From Utricularia gibba (lineage: Eukaryota; Plantae; Magnoliophyta), in NCBI GenBank assembly GCA_002189035.1, contig NEEC01000002.1:4464001-4528000 (forward strand): 64,000 nt of DNA, in the 5' to 3' direction. Below the pieces are notes generated by a model. That model had not been told where the DNA came from, ran no database searches, and was given only the letters and a program-made list of their open reading frames with translations. Numbering within the stretch: the stretch's first letter is position 1; each line of letters begins with the position of its first letter. The translations under genes were made by a program, and so were the position numbers. Shown in pieces: positions 13,302-24,749 of the stretch.

Positions 13302-15090
13302 TGATAAATGCAAAATTTCCTAATATCATTGTAAAATTAGAAATTTCGTATCAAATAAATTTATAAACCCTAGTCTACAGAAAATACAAATTTAGAAAAC
13401 TTGTATAATGGATTTCGGAGTCGATGACAAGGAGCTTGTACTTGCTAAATGTTTTAACAAATGCAGAATTCAGAATAATAGTGGGTGTTAGTCTAAGCTC
13501 GAACTAATAGTGGTAAGCAAGTTCAACAAATAAAATTAGGTCTCAACGTTAAAGGTAACAAGTATTGGTTTTAACTCAAAGTAATACTAAGATGCCTTAA
13601 AGGTCTGTAGGTGATGTATTGCTAAAATGCCTAATTTAAATTATCATGTTCCTACACTCACAACTTCAAATAACTTAAGTTTACCAGGTCATTCATCATA
13701 TTTTTGGCTAAACTAGTCCCCAATATCATCACCAACATTGCAATTAGGTCTACCCGCATACAAAGTATATAGAACTATTTCTACTCCAGACTAATATCTA
13801 TTACTCCCCCCTTGATTTGTTAGTCTACCTATAAATCAAGCATCTTAGTTGTAAAGTTACTTATTCTTCTCCTTAGGTTTTCCTATGGAATGATAGAAAA
13901 AAAAAACTAAGAAACAAATATAAATTTCATTACTAACCGTAGATCTATACTACCATGCTTTACCTTAAGACATCCCTAGGATTCTAGCTACTCATATTTG
14001 AAGGTAAAATATGATAATATTAAAATAAAACAGTGAAAATGTCAAGAACATCGTGAAAGAGTTGGTTGTAGAAATTAAAAACATCAACAAATGTAAGTAA
14101 AGTAGGAAGAGTTCTGGTTTCCATCTGCTACTGTTCACAGGCCGGAACAGTAGCACTAGACTAAGTCTTGTTCTTCATTCTTCACGTTGGAGGTTCTTCT
14201 CCAGAAAATCGCCATTCATTTTCCTTTTGGTTCCGTATTCGTCGTGTTGGAGTTTGAGGGGAAACCCCCTCGTCTGCGTGCTGAAAACTACTGAAGTCCC
14301 CTCTTGCGATTCTCTCTGCTCTCATTTTTTTCTCTCGCCTTTCACTTCCCAAAGCCAGTACAATCTCTGACAGCTCTACTGCTCCTGCCCCTGATTTGCA
14401 GACTCCTACCCGACAATGTATTCATTGCTCCCTGCTCCTGCTGCTGCACGGTGACTTGCACAAAATCATTGTGTCTCTCCATGGTTTTTAGGGGTTGCTG
14501 CTAGACTCAAAATTGGGCTAGAACATGGGGTGAGTTAAATGAAAGGATTTAGTCCACTAGTACACAAAAATCATATTTTTCCTAAATTACAAAAAAATAC
14601 TTAAAACTATAATATAAACAATTAAACATAATTAAAAATTTATGATTTTCATATCATAAAAATAGAAAAATCTGTGTGCTATCAATATTCTTGGAGCATC
14701 GTCGTATATGTTCTTTGTTGCCGAAGTTCCCTCTTTTTCTCTCTTCCCAAAAAAATATTTTATTCCTCCATTTACCTAAGTGAATTCTTTGATATCACTG
14801 CTACTTCTGCCCTTGACTTGCAGTCTGCTATGATGGAAGTACATTCATTGTCCCCTCTTTTTATGGTGCTCATCTGTTGAATGGATACTTGCATGAAATC
14901 CTTATGTTTTTCCTGGATTTCTGTAACTTGGTGCTGGACTCACAAATCTAAGAATTTAGCCCACCAATTCACAATAATCACATATTTACTAAATTTTTAT
15001 AAAATAATTAAAACATTAAAATAAATGCCTAAATCATGATTAAAATGTTATACTTTTCTTAGCATAAATATAAGAATTTATGTGTTATCA
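13302..15090 (-). mobile_element. Athila-like LTR of about 1.8 kb (TGATAAC...TTTATCA) with no matching TSD, flanked by further LTR-derived fragments (about 12760-13300 and 15090-15660)
   Basis: Both TG..CA termini are visible and it is homologous to 1-1159. The flanks ATCTT and GTTGT do not match. Confidence 0.65.
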
Positions 15091-17065
15091 GTTGTTCTAT
15101 ACGTTAGGTCTACCAAGGTATGATTAAACCGATAGTAATTGTGCAACAATTATGATCAAAGGCAAATATTCTACTCATATCATCTTTGTTTACCGTAAGA
15201 CATCTCCTAAACCTTGCAGCGCATCATGGAAAATATAATCATTACTTCATAAACTAAAATTGAAAACATAGTCATATATAGAATTTGAACAAATGTAGCA
15301 ACACTAAATATTCGATAAAAATAAATCAAATTAAGTCAAGTTTGTTCCCATCTGCAACTATACCTGTTTTGAAACAATAGCACTAATCTAGAGGTTACTT
15401 CAAGAATGTGGAGTTGGTTCTTCAAAGAGTCTCTTTTTTCCTCTGTCATCTTCAAAGTTCTTCCTTGGTTGTCTCTTTCTTTCAAAAAAAATATGTTTTC
15501 CTTTTATCCTTCCCATTTTCTAATGTAGATATTGTTACTAACATCCACTCATCCTATCCCAGATCTACCAATTATAGGCTGCAAAAACAGTGTGTTTTGC
15601 CTACTTCGGGTAGTGTGCCACCTCGATTTGATACATTTCTTTCAGTTTGATTTGATGCAAATTTTGTTGTTAAGACTCAATTAAACATTAGTAACACATC
15701 ACAAAAATATTATAAAGCACATAAACAAAGCCTAAATTATAACTGCACATGATGATTTTAATCATAAAAATGCTCATAAAATGTGGGTTAGTAAATCTAT
15801 TGCGAAAAAAGATAATACCTTAATCCTCATACAACAAGTACCAAGATCTTTGTATTCAAAAGTGATTTCGTTATATGATCGTATGTGAGATATATTAGAT
15901 TGAGAATTAAGTTATATAACTTTACTTGATATTAAAATTTAGTTATTAGGCAATGATCCAAAATTTTTCGTTTATTAAAAATATTATAAAAATAAAATAA
16001 AATCTTAAATTAAATATAAAAAAATATAGTGAAACACCCACACATGCAAAGACTTACCATGGATGGCTTAATTGCATATTCTTAGCCACAAATGATACAC
16101 GCACATAATGCATGAGAAACACAAAAGTACAAAAAATAATAGAGAAAAGTAAACAAGTAATGTCTCTAAATATTGTGTAGATGAGTATTTATATGAGAGA
16201 TGATTTGAATATTCTATAGAGCTTACTTGATAAAATTGAATTAAACATTTTATCTATCTTTTATGCCATAAATATATTCAAATTTTTAGATAAATTTAGA
16301 ATTTTGGATGAAGTCTTCATTTTTTAACCTTCTAATGGGCCCAATTTTGTGCACTCTCAAACCCATAAATTATTGAGTTTTGATTTTTTTTTTCATAATT
16401 ATAAAATATCTTAAAAATATATAAATATATTTTTTAAAAAAATATCACATTGATATAAAAGATGTAAAAATGAATAAAAAATTAATGAAAAATTGATTTA
16501 CAAGATCAATAAAAATAATATTCAAAAGCGATATAAAAATACATTTTAAAACGATACAAAATCAGTAATTATTAGATCTTCTTAATAGGTTACCAAACAA
16601 ATAATAATCATTTTTTTCATATGTGTACTTATTGGAAAATATACAGATGTGCGTGAAAGTTAGCTCTTGGATGTAGCCTCAAAAAGACTAATTACAGATG
16701 TTGATAATATTTATGTTTGAAATCATTTTCAATCTTTCATTTATCTTGTATAACCTGTTTTACAGCTTGTAGTCGATTACTTTCCTCTTCATGCTTCCAA
16801 GACCACTTTGTTTTTTTTTTTTTTCGATTCATTGATAGTGATTTAAGAAGCATATTGACAATATGATATGAAAAATGGAATTTTGCAAAAACCACATCAT
16901 ATGTAGTGCTCCCCCCCTAACAGACAATGAGAAGCTCCCAAGAGTTGCAACAAAACTTGAAACCAAAAATACCAAACTCACGAAACTTCACCATATTTCC
17001 TAATAAGCTCCCTCGGCAGCACCGTGCTTTGCGGAAAAAAGGTGAAATGAGGGAGTACCTGTGGA

Positions 17066-17526
17066 TAGGGGTGTAATCGGGCCGGACTTTAATCAAGCGG
17101 TCCGAAGCTCGGCTTGGTAAAGGCTTGGCCCGAATTTGATTTGCGTGAGTACAAGCCCAAGCTCAATCCATCCATTGAGCTCGATATACCCAATTGAGTC
17201 GAGCTTGATCAAGCATGGGCTCGGCTCGATGACTCAAGGTTCGGCCCAAGTAATTAAAGATTTAGAGATTTGTAAAAAATTTCTAATTTATATAATTTTT
17301 TTTCATAATAAAAAAAGTAATTTTGAAACAAAATCTGCAGTATTAATTAATGCATTATATTCCCTCATCTATTACAACTCTAACGGAGTATGCAAGGGCA
17401 TTAACGGAGCCATAACTCGAGCCGTTGTCAGACTCGGTATGAGTTCGACCTTGGCTCAAGCTCGATATGAAAGTGGGTGAGTCGAGCCGAGCATATGGAA
17501 AGCTACTCAGCTTGATTACATCCCTA
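17066..17526. mobile_element. hAT-type MITE, 461 bp, upstream of the thaumatin gene
   Basis: TIRs TAGGGGTGTAATCG / TGATTACATCCCTA; perfect 8-bp TSD CCTGTGGA (17058-17065, 17527-17534); many internal GAGCTCG/TCGAGC subterminal motifs. Confidence 0.92.
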
Positions 17527-17860
17527 CCTGTGGACACGGGTAAAGTGAAAACAGAAATTAAATCCATCCTTTTCTACACAAAAAAAAAAAAAGCTAAATC
17601 CATCCTTTTTTCCTTCTACGTACCAAACATCTTCTTACTTTTACATAAATTACACTTATTAATTAAATGCAAATTCTCTTTTAAATGTGGGAGCACCTGT
17701 GGACACGGGTAAATAATGCTTTTTTAAATTGCTATTAAATTAATAACATGCCATTCAGCCTCTTCTTACTTTTACATAAATTACACTTATTAATTAAATG
17801 CAAATTCAAATGTGGGAGCACCTTGGACACGGGTTTGCTAAATTGCCAATTCAGCCTTCG
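17527..17860 (+). repeat. Local tandem duplications carrying the motif GGGAG(C/T)ACCTGTGGACACGGG
   Basis: Motif at 17051-17065 plus 17535-17540 (split by the MITE), 17689-17709 and 17814-17833. A ~48-bp AT block occurs at about 17630-17677 and 17762-17807. Confidence 0.8.
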
Positions 17861-18713
17861 TCATTGGAATTGTTTTAACAATAAGGACAAATATAAATAT
17901 TGAAAATGATTAAAATAAATAAATAGGAATTATCAATATACAGCTTCTAAAGTTTTACTTTTTTTGAAATAAAAGTTGCAAATTATTTCTGAATTTCTCT
18001 ACAAACAGAAACCATTCAAAAAGCATTTGGATACAAATTATTTTTCCAATGCCCTTTGTATCCTCACCCCATGATACCCTTTTGCATCCTCTTCCGAGTT
18101 AATCACATTTCAACCATGTGTTTGGTCATCTGGGATGCAATAATCTGCAAAAAAATTTCATTACTTTGTGACCGTATTCCTGTTAAAATTTGGAATGAGC
18201 TGTGTGTGCATGACGTTCAAGTTCATAAGAAAATTGGTTCATCTAATAAAAGTCAAGAACAAGATAATTACTAGTAATTTGCATTCTCTAAAATGCTATC
18301 AGCGTATTGGATACAATATATAGAAGAGTATGCTTTTTTTGTACATGATGCTTAAATGCGATGCATAACCCCACGAGTTTTTTGGATGGTCTGCAGTTGC
18401 CACGTTAGCATAACACCTTATCTGCCCATGGAACTTGATATAGATCCGTGTTGTGAGAAGCGGCTTTTTGGAAGCTACGAAAAAGCTCACACCTCACGCT
18501 CAAGATTGATTGGGTTGAAAGGATAATGTGGTGGCTATCAAAAGGATAGATACTACCAAATGCACATCACTAACACTGAGAATAGTCGATTTTGATGGCT
18601 CGTTTTGAGTATGAAGAAGATCAAAGATGGCCGGTTAGCCGCGGGGTCACGACATTGCAACCCGAAATTTGAATAGTCATGTCACCATGTGCTTGAGAGT
18701 GATGATTTTTGTC

Positions 18714-18720
18714 TATAAAT
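18714..18720 (+). promoter_or_regulatory. Putative TATA box (TATAAAT) of the thaumatin-like gene
   Basis: CTATAAAT lies about 50 nt upstream of the ATG at 18771. Confidence 0.55.
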
Positions 18721-18770
18721 TGAGGTGCGTTTGGTGTGGATGGAGCAAGAGGGAGCATTAAGCAAGCACA

Positions 18771-19871
18771 ATGTCGCTCAGCATTCGTCTTGTAGTGACT
18801 CTGGTAGTCGTGGTAGTAGCAGCGACGGTTGAGGCGTCGAGCCTGCGGGTCCCCCAGTCGGAAGAGGAGGTGCTGAAGCTCCCCAGCCAGCGAGAGCCGG
18901 AGCCTTCAGTTGACATCAAACCCTATGCACAGTACGTGGCGGAGAGAGGCTTCTCCGCGGCCGTGAAAGACCCCTTCCTCCGATGGCTCACTGGACGTAG
19001 CGGTATGCTATCCCTTTTCCTATCAACTTCGACGTCGCTTTGACACTTGCCCTAACCGATTTTCTTCTTTAATGTGAATACCCCACAATGAATAGATTGT
19101 CAACAACGACACAAATCCACAAGATTTTTTTTTTTTTTTTTTTTAGTTTAACAACAACGAATTTCTGCTTAAACCTACCAAGCGTGACTGACTCCTAAGC
19201 TCCAATGGCAGGGGGGTGTCCAATTCTGTATTCACGATCTACAACAATTGTCCGTACACGATTTGGCCGGCGGCTCTTACCAGCGGCGGAGGTCAAATCT
19301 CGACCGGTTTCGAACTCCTCTCGTGGCATGTGGCAACAGTGAATGTTCCCCACGGTGGTCCGGAAGGCTATGGGCGAGATTTCAGTGCTATTGGTCCAGC
19401 ACCGGCTTCAGATGCAACAGCGCCGACTGTGGCTCCGGCCAAATCCCATGCAATGGTCGCGGAGGCGCTACGCCGGCGACGCTGGCCGAGTTCACCCTCA
19501 GCGGAAGCGGGAACCAGGACTTCTTTGACGTCAGCCTCGTCGACGGATTCAACCTGCCGGTGCGTATTCAGCCCGATGGTTGCGCATCCGCTAGTTGCCC
19601 TGTCGATGTAAACGCTCAGTGCCCTAACGAGTTGAGCATCAGAGATTCCAACGGCGGAGTGATCGGGTGTAAGAGTGCGTGCCTGGCATTTAACCAGCCG
19701 CGGTACTGCTGTACGCCGCCAAACAACACGCCTCAGACATGTCCGGCGACCAGCTACTCGCAGTTCTTCAAGCGTTTGTGCCCTCAGGCGTATAGCTATG
19801 CGTATGATGATGCAAGTAGCACGTTCACGTGCCCAACGGGACGAAGCTACACCATCACTTGGTGCCCCTGA
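18771..19871 (+). CDS. Thaumatin-like protein (PR-5 family), two exons (18771-19002, 19212-19871), with two apparent 1-nt deletions; about 297 aa if repaired
   Basis: Exon 1 has a hydrophobic signal peptide. GT donor at 19003; CTGAC branch-like site and CAG acceptor at 19209-19211. Motifs FTIYNNCPYTIWPA, WSGRLWAR, TLAEFTL, DFFDVSLVDGFN, CKSAC and SQFFKRLCPQAYSYAYDD. 16 cysteines. The frame breaks at a G run (19211-19216) and a C run (19348-19351). Confidence 0.93.
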
Positions 19872-20199
19872 AACTCGAAACCAGTAGCTTCTTAAATGGT
19901 GTTTCTTGAATAAGGCAACTGGTACCCTCAACAGGAGTTGCTGTCGTGTTTTGTGTCCCGGAGTGCTGGTAAAGCCCACACCTTTCATGCAATAAAAAGT
20001 ATCAGTTTTTTTCGAATTCAAGACCCATTTCTCATATCAAATTAAGGAAGCTGCAGTTCGCGATAAATGGAAGAGCAGTGAAGTTGGATAAATGGCCGGA
20101 GAAGAAGTTTCTTTTTGGACGAGACAGCTTCTACAAATCAGCATCAGGAAGAATCCAAAGCATAATTAGCAGACCCATTGCATGATATTTATCTAGATA

Positions 20200-21150
20200 T
20201 GTAGGGCCTTATCTGATTAACTGGAGGATTGGGGAAGTGGTCTATGAGTTCGAATTGCCATCCGAAATGACAAGGATGCATAATGTGTTTCATATATCAC
20301 AACTTAAGAGATGTTTGAATGATGAGTTGCAATACATGTATGAGGTACCATAAAATTTGGAAGAATACTTGACATACACTTAGGTAACTATTAGGATTCT
20401 AGATTGGCAGGAAAAGAGACTTAACAAAAAAACTATACCTATAGTGAAGCTGTGGTGGAACCACCATGATGTAAGGGAAGCAACTGGGGAGGTTAAAGGG
20501 ATATTGTGCAGCAATTTCCAGAATTGGTAGATCAAGTTTCAGGACAAAACTTCAGTTAAGAAAGGGGGGAAGTGTGAGACCTCAAAAGATTTAGGTGCAC
20601 TAAGAATGAGCAAGGAAAGGAAAAGAAGAAAGAAATAGTACTAGTAGCCATTTTGTTATAGATAGAATATATATATATATGATTTACTATAATTGGAAGG
20701 AAGTTAGCTTCAACCATAGATTTTCACATGATGCCCGCAAGAGTGGTGTGGATAATAACAAGAATGGATGGTTAGGGAGAAAAATGAACTAAGTTTATCT
20801 CTACAAGCGTAAGGAGACTAAACAAGAAAAGTTGGGTACCAAAGGCACATGAAAGTAAGTAGATGCACAATTTTGAATTTTAATCTGGTATGGCTCATAG
20901 AATGCTTCTAAAATAGTGAAATGTTTCATGGGTGTAGCTAAGCATAGAGAAATACATTTTTGTGTGGCTTGAAGTGCTTTGGTGAAGGGGTTAGGAAGTT
21001 TTTACTAAAACTTCTTTGATTTCATACTTCATCTGAAATAAGTTTTCAAGTGCCTAATAAAAACTTCATATCTTTATACTGGATGATGGTTTTAAGGTGA
21101 TTCATCTTATCCTTAAAATATATTATAATTCATGATTTTTAGCTAAATGG
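20200..21150 (+). mobile_element. Tekay/Del chromovirus 3' end: integrase C-terminus, chromodomain, PPT (20558-20572) and 3' LTR from 20573
   Basis: VVYEFELPSEMTRMHNVFHISQLKRCL, IRILDWQEKRL...VKLWWNHH...EATG, then AAGAAAGGGGGGAAG followed by TGTGAGA. The right LTR boundary is uncertain. Confidence 0.75.
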
Positions 21151-21181
21151 TTATGAGTTGTCCATTTGTGAGAAGTAGAAG

Positions 21182-21777
21182 TAGATATGGGCATGGGTCA
21201 CGACTTGCCAAGTAACGAGTCGGACTTGTCGAGTCATGGCTGTATTATGAGTTCACGAGTCAATGGGTTGACGGGTTTTGATCCCCAACTCATATCGCAC
21301 CCGAGTTGACTCATTACCTGTCGACTCGTCAAGTTGATCCGAGTATGGACTCGTTAATCCGTATTTTATTTTATTTTTTAAAATAATTATTCTATTTTTC
21401 AGTTACTTTTTTTGTTTTATAGTAATGTTTTTATTTGTATATGATGTATTTAATCATTAAATATTCGATTTCAAAAAATGTAATAAAGTTTTCTCTTCTT
21501 TACGATATTTGAGATTGATGGTATATAATACATATGGAATTAATTAGTACAAAATTATTAATATTAAATAAAAAAATATATAAAATCTAAATTAAGAAAT
21601 GAATAATTTGAATTACAAAATCATTCATTTTTTCACGAGTTACCCGTGTAACTCGACGAGTAAAAAATCACCGACTCGACTTGTATTTGTTTTTCACGAG
21701 TGCGTGTAACTCGTACCCATTCCATACGGGTCCACTCGTGACTAACCCGAGTTAACCCATACCCATGCCCAGGTCTA
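21182..21777. mobile_element. hAT-type MITE, 596 bp
   Basis: TIRs TAGATATGGGCATGGGT / ACCCATGCCCAGGTCTA; perfect 8-bp TSD AGTAGAAG (21174-21181, 21778-21785); GACTCG/CGAGT subterminal repeats. Confidence 0.92.
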
Positions 21778-24749
21778 AGTAGAAGACTATAATAGACATG
21801 TATGAGGCAAATCTATTGAGAAATGGCCATAACTGAATTTAAGAAAAATTTACATGTTTAAAGCTACAATCTCACTACGTATAATCTCACTATGTCAAAC
21901 CATATTATAGCATACTCCACTTCAGTAGTAGATTACACAACCATTGATTGCTTCATTGCAGCCTAGTGGATACTTGTTTAAGTCAAAATAAAAGTATAAT
22001 CATTTGTGCTATGAAAGTTTCTTGCTCCAGTAAAAAATAAGAAGATAATTCTCTGTCTTCCTACTTCTAATTGTATCAAGTCATTAATTAGGGCACCTAT
22101 ATTCAAATGCTTCATAAAAGCCATACACTATATAATAAAAAGTTCATTTTTAAATAATGCATTGTAAGATCATTGATGTAAAATAAACATGTTGAAAGTA
22201 AGTATGAATGATGCGCCAAATCGAGTCCAGAAACAAAGGATCTTTAGTTCCCTTAAATTTGTAAAAGAAATCTATATAGCTAGTCAAAATCTCATATATT
22301 TCACATGGGTCAAACTCATTTTAAGAGGAAAAATCAAAATTAGAATTTTGGAATTCCAATGAATCTACTTCTAAGCGGTCAACAACATCTAACAACATAC
22401 TCCACTCAACCAAAGACAGTTTGTATGCAATGCCTAGCAACTAAAATAATATAGCCTTTGATTTATCCACTCTAGCAGGTGTGTCATATGAAACTCTCTA
22501 TTCCTGCCAAGTGCTTTTAGCAATTTGTCGATGTATTTCAATTGTTGAAAGTTAAGAGCTATTTATTCAATTTTGATGGTCGAACTATGAACCTTTTTAT
22601 TCCTACCTCACTCATCCTTTTAGGGCTGCTTTTCTATCTTATCTGCTTAGAAATTGTGAATATGTTGTAGGTTCCTCCTCCAATTTGAAGCTTTCAAGGA
22701 ATTCACATTCTACATTTTTCCTTTTCTAGTCCAAGCTGCTCACATTTGATGATCCCTCTTCTACTTCCAACACATCTCCTTCAACTCTATTTCTATTTTG
22801 CTTTAGGTTTGCTCCCTTCCTCAACTTTGAACTCCTCCAACTATGAATTTTCAATCTACTGCTCAACTTCTAGTTCTACCTCGGCATATTTTGTTTCAGG
22901 TTTTGACTCCTCTCTTGGTTTTGAGACCTCCAGCATGTGTTTACAAAGGCAATAAAACATACAAGGTAAAAAAATGTTTACGCACTTGCCTTTTCTCTTT
23001 GTATGAACTCTATGTTGCACGACATTGTAGATGCACCACTACCAAGCAATTTTAACTTCATATGTGAATCTAATGGATTGAAACCACACCAAAACATCTC
23101 GAAAAGTATGCATATCATCAATAGCTTGTCAACCTACCCTTGAAAATTTGTGTAATGCAATCATGAGAAGTAGATACCATTAAAAGCAACATAACTCTCA
23201 TGGAAATAAAACAAGAACAAGCAGAAGCTTCCAAGCTAATATTCAGATTTTACACATTCCATTTTCAAATTTGTAGGTTGAAGAATTAGTGAGTCATTTT
23301 CAACCACATCCCATTTTTTGATTGCTCTAAGGTAAACTTTCATATGCAACACCCACAAAACATAATCAAACCCATCAAATATCCATACACCTCTGCCTCA
23401 ATATTGATGTGTTCAAAATAAAGCATGGATTGTAACAAAACGAATCATGTTGTTTTGATATCAAATATAAGAACCCAAGGATATGATGGTTTCTAATGAA
23501 TGCACTAGATGAATAGGAATCAAGATTCATGATACACCTTGTATTAAGACTCTTTTAATGCATGCAAGTTTGCAACAAGTAGAAAGTGCGAACGTCTCAT
23601 TTTTGTGGAAATTTTTTTTTCTTTCTGATAGAATTGAGCACACAAAAGAACGATCCTTGAAAAAAACGACATAGCTAGAAGTTAAGGAAACTTAAATACA
23701 TCATCAAAGAATCAAAATATCTATAAATGGATAAATGTGAATTGATTATGGCAACATGGTCTTAGTTTAGATAGTCATGTTGCAAGACTTGAGTCTTGTG
23801 GCAGCATAAACATGGACCAGGTGACCCATGCAGCAATTACTAGCTGCAAATTTTAAAACATACAAATGTATACATACTCTAGTTCCCTAGCACTAAATGC
23901 ATGTACAGAGTATTCAAAAACACCTTTATCATCTACTCAAGGAGAATCCCAAGAAAAACTTACGAATTCATTATAAAACAACTCATTTCTATGATGAAGA
24001 CCTACCAAGAAAGTTATAGCTAAAAGCACATGCATATGTTTTAGATTCAACCACTTCATGGTGTTGTGAGTGATCTAGACACTAATTATGAAAATTAATA
24101 AGACCTTCCACTATTATAGTAGTAAATACGGTATCCTTTAATAAGCTTGTGTCAAAAAGCATTGTCAACTAACCACTAACCACATCCTCTACCTCCACCA
24201 CAACCATATCCTCAAATTCTCAGAACTCCCATCTTGCACCTGTGATTCCACCTCCTTGTTACTAACATTGTGCATGGATCGGATATCTGATCCATTGCTC
24301 TAAAATCAAACCAATCTGCACACTACAGATCATGAGAATTGTGATTCGTAATCCAAATCGCATATATCGGATTGGATTGATTTGGAATCCACAAATTAAA
24401 CCGCATCTAAAAAATTAATAAAAAAATTGTTACTGAATATTGACAATAAACAACGTAAATGTCATAATACGTTAATTTTCAATGAAAAAACACTCGCTTA
24501 AAAGTAAATGAGTACAAAATTACAGTGTCATAAAAAAACACAACAAAATATCAATAGTCTAGACATCGATGTTGATAATGTGATGTTCTTCACTACCAAT
24601 TTTTGCAAATTAAATTTAGAAGACAAAATGAGTTTCAAATGTAAAAATTTAAAAAAAAATCACTGCATAAAAGGATGAAAATTTAATCTCTTTCTTTTTC
24701 TAGCTTCTCTATTTCTTCTAAATTTTTTTCATTAGTGCTATGCTCATGA

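Noticed and set aside
17684-17695. CTCCCACATTT (minus strand) resembling the plant snRNA upstream element RTCCCACATCG
   Set aside because: Mismatched core, and no correctly spaced TATA box or recognisable snRNA follows.
17136-17712. ORFs of 70-114 aa
   Set aside because: They run through the MITE and local duplications and have no homology signal.
19368-20021. 217-aa antisense ORF and other alternative frames over the thaumatin gene
   Set aside because: A shadow of a GC-rich coding strand.
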